64,000 nt of DNA from a virus, in the IMG/VR virus record IMGVR_UViG_3300020429_000529, positions 1 through 64,000 of that record, one strand, 5' to 3'. The notes under the pieces were generated by a model. The model was not told where the DNA came from. It saw nothing but the letters and a program-made list of their open reading frames with translations, and ran no database searches. Made by a program: the position numbers and the translations under genes. Below, one piece after another: positions 19,041 to 27,883 of the stretch; within the stretch, counting starts at the first letter, position 1, and every line of letters starts with the position of its first letter.

Positions 19041-19111
19041 GCTCCGTTAGCTCAGAGGTAGAGCGCTTGTATCTGGGACAGGGTGCGGCGGTTCGAATCC
19101 GCCACGGAGCC
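19041..19111 (+). tRNA. tRNA-like gene, anticodon CTG (Gln), atypical
   Basis: Cloverleaf: acceptor GCTCCGT/ACGGAGC, D arm GCTC/GAGC, anticodon stem CTTGT/ACAGG with loop ATCTGGG, T arm GGCGG-TTCGAAT-CCGCC. No encoded CCA. Confidence 0.75.
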
Positions 19112-19145
19112 TTTTGTTTCGACAGTCAACATGAAAGGAAATCTG

Positions 19146-21107
19146 ATGAACTGGTCGAGATTTGCATTTTCAGCATTCGCCTCAGCAGCCATGACGTTCG
19201 CTGCAAATGGTCAGGTCAATACGCAGATGAGGGAGATCGGCGCTCTCTCGTCAGAGAGTTCGTCAGCCGAAATTGTCCGAACCTGTCAAACGATCAACGG
19301 CATCGACATCTTCGGGACCGAGAGCAAGCTCATCAAGATCAACGGCAATGTCGTTCGTGACTGGTCGGTTGCTCGCCGATTTGAAGTTCCTGCGGCTCAT
19401 CCGCAGAACTTTGACGCCGTTGCATTCGAGACGAATACAGGATTCTCGACAGATCATGAGGTCTATCGCAACTTCGTCTATTTTGACGAAGACGGCACGC
19501 TTGTTCCTGCTGTTCGACTTCAGCTATTCGATGGTTCGTTTACTCGAACGGTCGTAGTAGAATCAGGCACTTACCGCATTCTTCTTGATCGAGATGAGAC
19601 GGTTGAATGTCAGCCCGGTCATCATGTCCACGAAGCTCATGCGCACGACCACGCTATAGGCGTTCCGATTATCGATCCTCCGAGCGCAGAGTTTCGGTAT
19701 TGGGATGACGATTCGCCTGCGCCTGGTATGCCTCATCCGACCGGCATTCCCGATCAATGGCAGGCTCCGATGGTCGAGCCCGTCTTCATCAACAACCGAG
19801 CTTCGACCGCATCGCCTCATGGATGGCTTGATCTCGAAGATCCATGCAGGACCGTTGGCAATAACATCATCGGAGAAACCGAAGGCGCTCTGAGTCCTCA
19901 TTTCGATGATGGACCAGTCTTTGTCAACTGCCCGACAAACGGCAGTCCCATCCGCTTCGCTCCATACTATCGCCTCGATAACCAGTGGCGATCTGACGAT
20001 TTCTTGACGCTGCAACAGGCGGCAGTCAATATCTTTGTTCATGGCAATCTGTACCACGATTGGGTCTACAAGCTCGGTTTCAGAGAAGCAAACGGCAACT
20101 TTCAGCAGAACAACTTCGGTCGAGGCGGCGAAGGCGGAGACCCGATGAAGGTTATCGCCTACTACAACGATCTGTTCGTCAACAACGCCTTCTACTCGGG
20201 CACCGAGATCGACGGCACGCCTGGTACGGTCTATATGCTCCGTTGGGCATGGCAGCAACAGGGCAACGACCGTCATGGAGGATTCTCTTCCATGATTTTC
20301 GCGCACGAATACCAGCATGGCGTGACTCGCCGTCTCGTTGGTAGCATTACGCTCGATCAGCCTCGATCGCTCAACGAGGGTTGGTCAGACTTCATGGCAT
20401 ATCTCTACTCGCTTGAGCCTACAGAAAACCTGAGAGATGCGGTTGTTGCTCTTGGCGGTTGGGCTTCTTGGAACTACAATAACAACGCCAGCATTCGAGA
20501 CAACTACTATCACGGTATCAGGCCCTTCCCCATCGCTTACGACATGAGCAAGGCTCCGCTGACCTATGCCGATACCGACATCAACCAGTATGCGATCGAT
20601 CCCGATATCTACTTCCAGCAGAGGTTCTTGATTTATGGTCCGCATTTCGTAGGACAGGTCTGGACCTCTTCTCTCTGGGATACCTTTGTCTTGCTGTCCG
20701 AGAACTATGGTTTCGAGCAAGCTCGGACCATGATGGCTCGAACCGTCATTGAGGGGCAGAAGATTTGTCCGCCTGAGCCGATCTACACGGAAGCTCGGGA
20801 TTCCTATGTCCTCGCTGATGAGGCTTTGTTTGGCGGCGAGAATCGAGTGGCGATCTGGCGCTCGTTCGCTCGTCGAGGGCTCGGAATCCACGCTGTCTCG
20901 CCCGATCCGAGAACGACAGAAGGTGTCATCGAGGACTTTACTGAGCCCGATTGGGGAGACTACAATCAGGACGGCGTGAAGGACTCATTTGACATCTACG
21001 GTTTCGTCGATGATTTCGTTGTTGAGAATCGTCGCGCCGATTTGGATTGGGACGGCCTATGGACAGCAAACGATCTGATACTCTTCCTGGGAATGTTCCA
21101 GGAATAA
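19146..21107 (+). CDS. secreted M36 (fungalysin-type) metallopeptidase with C-terminal dockerin-like domain
   Basis: Signal peptide; GFREANGNFQQNNFGRGG, NNAF, HEYQH, LNEGWSDF, FARRGLG; C-terminal DYNQDGVKDSFD...ADLDWDGLWTANDLILFL. Confidence 0.9.
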   Translation: MNWSRFAFSAFASAAMTFAANGQVNTQMREIGALSSESSSAEIVRTCQTINGIDIFGTESKLIKINGNVVRDWSVARRFEVPAAHPQNFDAVAFETNTGFSTDHEVYRNFVYFDEDGTLVPAVRLQLFDGSFTRTVVVESGTYRILLDRDETVECQPGHHVHEAHAHDHAIGVPIIDPPSAEFRYWDDDSPAPGMPHPTGIPDQWQAPMVEPVFINNRASTASPHGWLDLEDPCRTVGNNIIGETEGALSPHFDDGPVFVNCPTNGSPIRFAPYYRLDNQWRSDDFLTLQQAAVNIFVHGNLYHDWVYKLGFREANGNFQQNNFGRGGEGGDPMKVIAYYNDLFVNNAFYSGTEIDGTPGTVYMLRWAWQQQGNDRHGGFSSMIFAHEYQHGVTRRLVGSITLDQPRSLNEGWSDFMAYLYSLEPTENLRDAVVALGGWASWNYNNNASIRDNYYHGIRPFPIAYDMSKAPLTYADTDINQYAIDPDIYFQQRFLIYGPHFVGQVWTSSLWDTFVLLSENYGFEQARTMMARTVIEGQKICPPEPIYTEARDSYVLADEALFGGENRVAIWRSFARRGLGIHAVSPDPRTTEGVIEDFTEPDWGDYNQDGVKDSFDIYGFVDDFVVENRRADLDWDGLWTANDLILFLGMFQE

Positions 21108-21436
21108 CGGAACCTGCAGATTACGTTGCCTTAGCCAGGCTCGTCCTGCACTTCCGGGGCGAGCCTGGTCGTCTTTATGGAAACTCCCAAACGGAGTACC
21201 ATGGCGGTTGCCCTATCCACAATGCGAAGTTCTTCGAGGATGAAGTTATTCGCATCGTCGGGTCGATAGAAACACTTGAACTTGGTATAGAGCGAATGGA
21301 AAACCATAATCCAGTCATTTGCGTCAACCCCGCAGGCGAGATTTACCGTTCGCATGGCGAAAAGCATTACCTGAAAGAACGTCTTGTCGGATTAGTGAGA
21401 GAGTGCATCGGTGACACAGTTTTGGAGGAAACCTGA
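21047..21436 (+). CDS. hypothetical protein (start uncertain)
   Basis: Fills the gap between the M36 and nucleotidyltransferase genes. Confidence 0.4.
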   Translation: MGRPMDSKRSDTLPGNVPGITEPADYVALARLVLHFRGEPGRLYGNSQTEYHGGCPIHNAKFFEDEVIRIVGSIETLELGIERMENHNPVICVNPAGEIYRSHGEKHYLKERLVGLVRECIGDTVLEET

Positions 21437-22178
21437 CCTTCTTGTGCTGCATGGCAGCCATCTTTTCGGCTGCGCCACTCCAGAATCCGATGTCGATCAC
21501 CGAGGGTTTGTTGTTGAACCGGGAGAGTTCCTCGTAGGGCGAAAAGCCTTCGAGCAGCATGAAGACCGGGAGAACGATGTTGTTATCTACGGAGCCCCCA
21601 AGTTCTTCAAGCTATTGGAGAAGGGAGCGCCGAACTGCATCGAGATCCTTTTCGCGCCGCAGGAGAACATCCTCGAATGCTCGGAACTCGGTCAAATGGT
21701 TCTTGACAACAGAGACCTGTTCGTTACCAAAAAGCTTACCCAGGCCATCCGTGGCTTTGCCTCGTCCGAATGGAGAGCAGCGCAGTTGCTTCATAAGGAC
21801 AAGGAGACGGGCGAAGTCCGTCATAGCACTCGGGTCGTCGGGGCTCGGCGTAAGGAGTCGTACGCGAAGCACGGCTACTCGACCAAGAATGCTTACCACG
21901 CCATCCGTCTTCTTGACGAAGGCGTTGAGCTACTCAGGTCGGGCACTGTTACGTTCCCTCGTCCGAACGTCGAGGAGCTTCACGGTATCCGCAACGGAGA
22001 GATCCCGTTTGAGGAGCTTGCCGAGCGGAGAGAGCAGCTTGCTCAGGACTTCATGGAGGCGGAGGAAGGAACCTCGCTCCCCGAGGCCACTGACAGGCAG
22101 GCCGTTAGCGATCTGTATAGCAAGGTCGTCAGTCGATCGGTACGCGCCCACTTGGAGGCCGTAGAGAGGAAGAAATGA
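21411..22178 (+). CDS. Pol-beta superfamily nucleotidyltransferase (RlaP/YcgL-like)
   Basis: HGSHLFGCATPESDVDHRG, KGAPNCIEILF, KNAYHAIRLL...GELL..IRNG-like C-terminus. Confidence 0.85.
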   Translation: MTQFWRKPDLLVLHGSHLFGCATPESDVDHRGFVVEPGEFLVGRKAFEQHEDRENDVVIYGAPKFFKLLEKGAPNCIEILFAPQENILECSELGQMVLDNRDLFVTKKLTQAIRGFASSEWRAAQLLHKDKETGEVRHSTRVVGARRKESYAKHGYSTKNAYHAIRLLDEGVELLRSGTVTFPRPNVEELHGIRNGEIPFEELAERREQLAQDFMEAEEGTSLPEATDRQAVSDLYSKVVSRSVRAHLEAVERKK

Positions 22179-22612
22179 AGCTTCTGTTCATGGATGACAA
22201 TCAGAATCGGCACAAGACCTTTCGCCAGAATACCATCGGGTTTGCTATCCTGCAGGCCTACACTGGTCGAGAGGCCCTGGATTTCATGCGCGAGCATGAC
22301 GATATCGATGTCATCTTCCTCGACCACGACCTCAACTACGAGACCGTCAATCAACTCAATGACGAGGAAGAGGACGGTCGGTGGGTTTGCAAGCAGATGA
22401 TCGCTGAGGGTCTCTACAGAGAGGCCCAGGTCATTATTCACTCCATGAATCCGCTCGGCGCTGAGGAAATGGAGAAGCTCTTGACCGATGCAGGCTACGG
22501 CAATGTCCATCAGATCTGCTCTGCATGGACTATGCTTTCCAAGAACGCCAAGGGCGGTCTCTCGATCGATCAGAGCAAGGGTATGTCTCAGGACTATCGA
22601 GACTACCAGTAA
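22175..22612 (+). CDS. cyclic-phosphate-processing receiver domain protein
   Basis: LLFMDD...IFLDHDL...EDG...IIHSMNPLGAEEM; ATGA-coupled to the nucleotidyltransferase. Confidence 0.8.
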   Translation: MKLLFMDDNQNRHKTFRQNTIGFAILQAYTGREALDFMREHDDIDVIFLDHDLNYETVNQLNDEEEDGRWVCKQMIAEGLYREAQVIIHSMNPLGAEEMEKLLTDAGYGNVHQICSAWTMLSKNAKGGLSIDQSKGMSQDYRDYQ

Positions 22613-22631
22613 ATCAGATTCTCCTCATAAC

Positions 22632-22663
22632 AGGGGTCGTCGCTTCGGCGGCGGCTCCTTTTT
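22632..22663 (+). terminator. intrinsic terminator
   Basis: AGGGGTCGTCGC-TTCG-GCGGCGGCTCCT-TTTT. Confidence 0.85.
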
Positions 22664-22724
22664 CATGCGCCCTCTGATACAGCAGTTGTCCAAATTTGGA
22701 CGATACTGAATCGGAGGTACTCAG

Positions 22725-23642
22725 ATGCTAAAACTGAAGAAGCTATATCTGCAGAACTACTGCGGATACCAGGACGCAGAATTTGACTTCACTCGACCAG
22801 ACGGTTCCATTAAACCAATTTCCGTTTTCTTCGGACCCAATGGTTGCGGTAAGTCAACATGCCTAAACGCTGTTGATCTGCTCGGAAACGCGCAGCAGTT
22901 CATGGGCAGGGACAATGATCTTGTTTTCCGCAAGATGACATTCCATCCTGATTATGACCCGACTCTTCCTCACTTCGCAAAGCATGAAGTGGAGATGAGT
23001 ATCCGAGGCGTATTCGAGGCCGATGGCGAAGAAAAGATTGTTGAACTCAGCAGCACAAGAGGCGTTGTTGCAAACGAACTCGCAAGCTGGCGAAACATCG
23101 TTTACATTGATGCCGATCATCCAATGAACATGAAGAAGTTTCAGCTACCTGCAGATAGGGCTGAACTTTTTCTTGACATCGCAGAAACCGTCTACGGCTA
23201 TCATGTGAGTCTTGGCAAAGCTGTGGCTACATATGAAGAGAACTGGGACGGGCGATCAGATACCTACGAGAAGTTCTCTAAGGGCGATCTCGGAGGAGAG
23301 AAGTACGACTACTTCCTGGATCTCACGATCGACAAGGGAGACGCTATTGTCCACTTCAAATCCATGAGCGATGGCGAGCGTAAGATCGCTACTCTTCTTC
23401 GAAACCTGTGCGATCCTGTTGTTATCGACCGAAGCGATGTCGTTATGGTTGACAACATCGAGATGCACATCTACTTCAAACGTCATGCAAAAATGATCGA
23501 CAAGCTGGTGGCATGTTTCCCCGAGAAGCAGTTCATAGTGACAACTCACAGCGGTATCATGATCGATCATATAGGAAAGACATTCGGAGAGGATTGCTTG
23601 TTCGATGTCCCGACTATTAAAGGCCAGCCCCTCCTTGATTGA
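22725..23642 (+). CDS. ABC-type (AAA_21/SbcC-like) ATPase
   Basis: LYLQNY, Walker A GPNGCGKST, signature MSDGE, Walker B VMVDNIE, switch TTHS. Confidence 0.85.
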   Translation: MLKLKKLYLQNYCGYQDAEFDFTRPDGSIKPISVFFGPNGCGKSTCLNAVDLLGNAQQFMGRDNDLVFRKMTFHPDYDPTLPHFAKHEVEMSIRGVFEADGEEKIVELSSTRGVVANELASWRNIVYIDADHPMNMKKFQLPADRAELFLDIAETVYGYHVSLGKAVATYEENWDGRSDTYEKFSKGDLGGEKYDYFLDLTIDKGDAIVHFKSMSDGERKIATLLRNLCDPVVIDRSDVVMVDNIEMHIYFKRHAKMIDKLVACFPEKQFIVTTHSGIMIDHIGKTFGEDCLFDVPTIKGQPLLD

Positions 23643-24255
23643 CAGCGATTGGTACGAGGTCGTGAAGGGCGTTATACGGGCACGAGTTGACCGAGGTATC
23701 GCTGAAGCTTCCGATTTTCTTGATCGGAACGAGACATACTTCATCGACATTCAGCCCGATCCGTTGAAGACAAATAGCATCTGGTTTATCAGTCTTTGCA
23801 CAAAGCCATATGCTCCTCGTCTCATGATTGCGACAGCTATCGACTGTCGTGAGTTGCTCGCAGGGATCATTGCCAAGCATCTCTCGATGTTGCTGATGGT
23901 TATGGGGTTCTCTGTTCAAGACAGCAAAGACAGCGATATCGAGCTTACGGATGCGAACATTCGGGTCATGCGAGAATGGGAAGGCTTCTTCATAAGTAGT
24001 TCAACAATCTCTGTTGATCTTCGGTATAAAGACAATGTGTTTTCGATTGTTTGCGAATCCAACGGTCGAGAGATTGAGTTCGTCGAGCTTCCGGGCCTTT
24101 CAACAAAAGGCGCATGGATTCTCACTAAGCAGTTCACGATGCTACTTGCTTCGCTTGGGAAGTATGTCGAAACAGCCGATCACACAATCGGGAACCGATA
24201 CGGTCTCGTTGAGTTTGCTCCTGGGATAGCAGATGGATCAGAAGAGGACGAATGA
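23605..24255 (+). CDS. hypothetical protein
   Basis: 216 aa, operonic with the ATPase. Confidence 0.65.
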   Translation: MSRLLKASPSLIDSDWYEVVKGVIRARVDRGIAEASDFLDRNETYFIDIQPDPLKTNSIWFISLCTKPYAPRLMIATAIDCRELLAGIIAKHLSMLLMVMGFSVQDSKDSDIELTDANIRVMREWEGFFISSSTISVDLRYKDNVFSIVCESNGREIEFVELPGLSTKGAWILTKQFTMLLASLGKYVETADHTIGNRYGLVEFAPGIADGSEEDE

Positions 24256-24262
24256 AGATCAG

Positions 24263-24682
24263 ATGATTGAATGGATGGCCGCTGGATCTTCCTTCGGTCT
24301 TTCTTCTCCCCTGGAGCCGATGATTGAGATTCGTCGTCACGAAAGGGGAGCCAATGATACATACGAGATCCCGTTCGGTCTTTGCGCTCTTGGCTACACA
24401 GCGGAAGACAAGCATCTGAAAATCATCAGAGGACACCCTTCTGGCAATGAGCAGATGGACGAGGTTGAACTTGCCATCGGGAAAATCGAACACGCTTGCT
24501 ATAGCGAAGATGCTGCTGAAAATCGTATCCGATACTTGTTTCAGGATTACGTCAAGAAGACTGGCATCTTTCGAGTCAAGATCAATGTTTGGAAGAAGGT
24601 GTTTGCTTCGAACGGTAAGGCAAACATAGCGATCATTATCGAGGATAGGCTGGAACACCCTCACAATGAGCAAGAACCTTGA
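24263..24682 (+). CDS. hypothetical protein
   Basis: ORF in a plus-strand run; start uncertain (24233 or 24263). Confidence 0.6.
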   Translation: MIEWMAAGSSFGLSSPLEPMIEIRRHERGANDTYEIPFGLCALGYTAEDKHLKIIRGHPSGNEQMDEVELAIGKIEHACYSEDAAENRIRYLFQDYVKKTGIFRVKINVWKKVFASNGKANIAIIIEDRLEHPHNEQEP

Positions 24683-25184
24683 CATGAGTACCTGGCGGCT
24701 TGCTGCTGCCTACTACGGTCTCAACGCCTCTGAGCTTGCCTACGAGGACTACCAGTTTCCTCGCGGATCATTCGCCCGAGTCTATCTTGTTCCAGAGAAC
24801 TGGATACAGCGAGAGTCTCTGCCTCCTCGATTCTTTGAGAACTTTCCCGAAAGTTCGGGCGGTCCTGTTGGATGCGTCAAGACTTCGCTTCGGGGAGAAG
24901 ACGGGCACTATACCCCCTGCGTCATCTACAACACGAACATCGTTTCCAAAGACTGGGACGACTTTGTTCCAGAGATGGACCCCTTGCTCTACATGCTGCA
25001 GGACATTTGCATGCATGGCGAGCCCGAGGATGTCGTCTTCTTTCAATCGATAGAAAATCCGTGGCATATCGGACTCGTCAGATCATGCGATCCGATGGAG
25101 ATTGAGCCTCTTAGGTGGACGGCTGAAGATATCGGAGAAATCTTCGGTATGAGCGAAGGAACTCGCGAGGAAATCGCCGATTGA
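24666..25184 (+). CDS. hypothetical protein
   Basis: 172 aa ORF in a plus-strand run. Confidence 0.65.
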   Translation: MSKNLDMSTWRLAAAYYGLNASELAYEDYQFPRGSFARVYLVPENWIQRESLPPRFFENFPESSGGPVGCVKTSLRGEDGHYTPCVIYNTNIVSKDWDDFVPEMDPLLYMLQDICMHGEPEDVVFFQSIENPWHIGLVRSCDPMEIEPLRWTAEDIGEIFGMSEGTREEIAD

Positions 25185-25224
25185 GAAATCGTGACTCTTT
25201 TGTCACAGGATATGGAGATTTGCC

Positions 25225-25392
25225 ATGAGCTACGATGATAGAGATGATTACGATCGCGACGACATCGATGATCGCTACGAAGACGAGGATGACTTCTACG
25301 ACGAGGACGATGACTTCGACGATGATCTTGAAGATGAAGAAGATTACGACGAAGAGTTCGACGATGACGACGACGAAGATGATGACTGGTAA
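25225..25392 (+). CDS. hyper-acidic 55-aa peptide
   Basis: GGAG RBS; MSYDDRDDYDRDDIDDRYEDEDDFYDEDDDFDDDLEDEEDYDEEFDDDDDEDDDW (39 of 55 residues D/E). Confidence 0.7.
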   Translation: MSYDDRDDYDRDDIDDRYEDEDDFYDEDDDFDDDLEDEEDYDEEFDDDDDEDDDW

Positions 25393-25492
25393 GCGTGAAA
25401 CATGAATCGATTCTTGGAATCCGGTCGATAGCACTCTTGCACACGACTGCGCGAAGGTCTTCCAAGAGTCGCCAACTTTGACCTTCACGACC

Positions 25493-25522
25493 AGAAAGCC
25501 CTGACTTCGGTTGGGGCTTTCT
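25493..25522 (+). terminator. strong hairpin with UUCG loop (terminator or ncRNA helix)
   Basis: AGAAAGCCC-TGAC-TTCG-GTTG-GGGCTTTCT. Confidence 0.6.
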
Positions 25523-25529
25523 GCGTGTA

Positions 25530-26065
25530 AGACTGAGCGCTAAAGCGCCGATCGCCGACTCAGTGAGAAGACATAGTTGAGCGCGGTCGCGTGCATTCGT
25601 CGGCGGCTTGATGTTTGATTGATGAACTATTGGGAGGCAAGGGCTCCTCACTCCTGCCGTAGCTACGGACGTATCGTAGTCGCGCCCCAAAGCGCGGTGG
25701 CTGTAGGTATAAATGCAACCTACAGTTTCTCCTGCTCTCGTTCAGAGAGATAGCTGCTGTTGTTGCTCCTGGCGACTCCTCACTACAACAGTTGGCGAAG
25801 AGAGACGGTGACTGGCTGAGAGTTGAGCATTACCGACCTAAAGAGATCAGGTTCAACAACTCCCCTGATACGGGAGGAGCAGCCGCTCATGTTTTCTTAT
25901 GGACATGACTGCGGCTGAGGAGTCGTCACGAGCGAACAGCAGCAAAGCTGAAACAGTGGCTCAAGAACACTCACTATTGACTACTTACAAATCAACCCCA
26001 ACGGGGTTGATGCCGAATGAGCGAAGCGAATGAGGCAAAACGATCTGAAACCGCGCCAATGAACC
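25530..26065 (+). ncRNA. candidate large structured non-coding RNA (unassigned; strand inferred)
   Basis: No credible ORF. Many helices with G-U pairs, e.g. 25753-25782 pairing with 25916-25943, 25701-08 with 25718-25, and 25991-99 with 26003-11. Confidence 0.5.
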
Positions 26066-26161
26066 CTTGCGCGGATATGCAAAACTTACCAGTAAGTACC
26101 TAACATGCGGAATCTGGCCGATGAAGAAGGAGACATTGACAGATTTCTCAAAGGAGAGGGT

Positions 26162-26386
26162 ATGGCTAACGAATTTGACAGATCCTATGGTATCGACCCG
26201 AGATCCAAGGCGAATATCCGCGCAAACGGTAGAAACGTACCTGACGGAATCGACTGGGATGCTCTGATGAACGCAGGCGCTAAGGCGAAGCCGAAGAACG
26301 AACTCACACCTTGGGGTATGGCGCAGCGCCAGCAGCAAACGGCGCAGGAGTTCAGGAATGCGGATCGTAAGAACAGCGGCTCATAA
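26162..26386 (+). CDS. small hypothetical protein
   Basis: AAGGAG RBS, MANEFDRSYG... Confidence 0.65.
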   Translation: MANEFDRSYGIDPRSKANIRANGRNVPDGIDWDALMNAGAKAKPKNELTPWGMAQRQQQTAQEFRNADRKNSGS

Positions 26387-26831
26387 TCAGGCACGCAAGC
26401 GCAATCTTTTTCGGCTCGCTTACGGAGATGTAAGCGTTCATATCGATCTCGATGCAACTCAACTACCGAGCGGTATTTTTGCCAGCGCAATAGGCGATGC
26501 CTATGTTTCTCAACCGTACCGATCGTTTGCGGGAGACTACTACAATCCTCCTGAGTATGAGGGAGGAGAGTTCTCTGAGCATGGAGACTATGAGATCTAT
26601 CTGTACGACGGACAGGGAGAACCACTGACTCCGCTTGGACAACCTGATCCTCAGCAGAGAACTTACAAGTTGTCTGAGCTACAGCCTCAAGATGCGCAGT
26701 TCTTGGGAGAGGTCATAAAAGAAAAAGCCGAAGAACTGGGCGGAGACATTCCTGCAGAATCAGGTCGTTACAATCCGAATAATGATCCAGATCATGCCTA
26801 TGAGACCTGGCGAGACATGCAAGATGTTTGA
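26358..26831 (+). CDS. hypothetical protein, basic RxA-type N-terminus and acidic body
   Basis: MRIVRTAAHNQARKRNLFRLAY...; AGGAG RBS. Confidence 0.7.
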   Translation: MRIVRTAAHNQARKRNLFRLAYGDVSVHIDLDATQLPSGIFASAIGDAYVSQPYRSFAGDYYNPPEYEGGEFSEHGDYEIYLYDGQGEPLTPLGQPDPQQRTYKLSELQPQDAQFLGEVIKEKAEELGGDIPAESGRYNPNNDPDHAYETWRDMQDV

Positions 26832-26833
26832 AT

Positions 26834-26863
26834 GAAAAGAGGCCCCTTTCGGGGCCTTTTCTC
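26834..26863. terminator. bidirectional intrinsic terminator
   Basis: GAAAAGAGGCCCC-TTTC-GGGGCCTTTTC between convergent genes. Confidence 0.85.
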
Positions 26864-27739
26864 TTAGTCTTCGTCGTCATACGGGTTCGTACAGTTCCCG
26901 CATTCTACTCCATCAACATGACCGTCCTTGAATCTTTGCTGGTCTGCAGGTCCGGTTATCTTGACGGTTGCAAAGCAGTCTTCAAAGTCGATGTTGTAAG
27001 CTTTTAGCGCCTGCTTCGTTATCGGTTCAGCATCGCTAACAGGAAGCGTCATCGTGAGATCGCTGTATGCTTCTTCCAGATCCAGTTCGTATTGCTTGTA
27101 GGCGCTGAAGAAGTTGGAAACTTCTCGATGACGAGCTTGGAACTTGAGAGCAGTTTCCTTGTTCGGAGCGCTGCTTTGATCCGCCCAATGATCGTTCCAT
27201 TCTTTCAGCTTTGAAAACTCTGCATGTTCTTCGACCATGCCGCCTCCGGTCTGGTGACGCCAGAATCTTGCGAGCATTGCCTGAAACAGGATGCTCGAAA
27301 GAGGCCCCCGCTCGAAATACTTGTCCCCCTCGTTGTAGAGACAATCTCCAAGCAGGTAGAACGCTGTTCTGACATAGGCGATCGATGGACTCAGGCATGC
27401 GTCTCGGATCATGGTGTCGAATGGCTTTTCCATAGACCATTCGTAGTTAGCCTGGTAGGCGCACCTTTTGATCTCGGCAACGTAATCCTTGTCGAGCGCA
27501 AACAGTGAGTTCTTGACAACTGTGTTGTATGGTTCGGGCAGGCCTTCGAGGAAAGGAATATCCTTGTCGGGATGATTCTTGTCTTTCCACTTTTCGTGCC
27601 GGCGACGAAGAATATCGTCGAATCCCAGCCAGTCCAACCTGTAGATCGAAGTGTTTTTGCCCCAGTTTGGAGTTTGGAGCTTTCCCTCTCGCACGAATCG
27701 GAGACGGGGGAACACGAGACTATCGCGTACCTTATACAT
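26864..27739 (-). CDS. hypothetical protein
   Basis: 291 aa with a strong AAGGAGG RBS. Confidence 0.8.
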   Translation of the reverse strand: MYKVRDSLVFPRLRFVREGKLQTPNWGKNTSIYRLDWLGFDDILRRRHEKWKDKNHPDKDIPFLEGLPEPYNTVVKNSLFALDKDYVAEIKRCAYQANYEWSMEKPFDTMIRDACLSPSIAYVRTAFYLLGDCLYNEGDKYFERGPLSSILFQAMLARFWRHQTGGGMVEEHAEFSKLKEWNDHWADQSSAPNKETALKFQARHREVSNFFSAYKQYELDLEEAYSDLTMTLPVSDAEPITKQALKAYNIDFEDCFATVKITGPADQQRFKDGHVDGVECGNCTNPYDDED

Positions 27740-27855
27740 GGCATCCTCCTTCAGGATATCTACTCAGGCACGGCCTATCCGTACCTAAACCTGCAGCTTT
27801 TTGCTGCCCAATCCAATAATCGGCCAGGTTCTCAATTTGTCTACAATCGAGCCAC

Positions 27856-27883
27856 TGACAGGTGAGGGATTTCGGCTATAATG
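27856..27883 (+). promoter_or_regulatory. sigma70-like promoter of the ligase gene
   Basis: CTGACA-N16-TATAAT upstream of ligA. Confidence 0.5.

Noticed and set aside
19146-19215. M36 N-terminus MNWSRF as another NWY tag
   Set aside because: It lacks the Tyr and the KxA, and continues as a normal hydrophobic signal peptide.
25530-25580. Group I intron core (GACTG with AAGAGACATAGTT resembling P7 and J8/7)
   Set aside because: No convincing P3/P4/P6 and no interrupted gene on the flanks; kept only as an unassigned structured region.
25845-25886. SRP RNA or tmRNA (TCAGGT...GAGCAGCC)
   Set aside because: The helix-8 GNRA geometry is missing, and there are no tRNA-like ends or tag reading frame.
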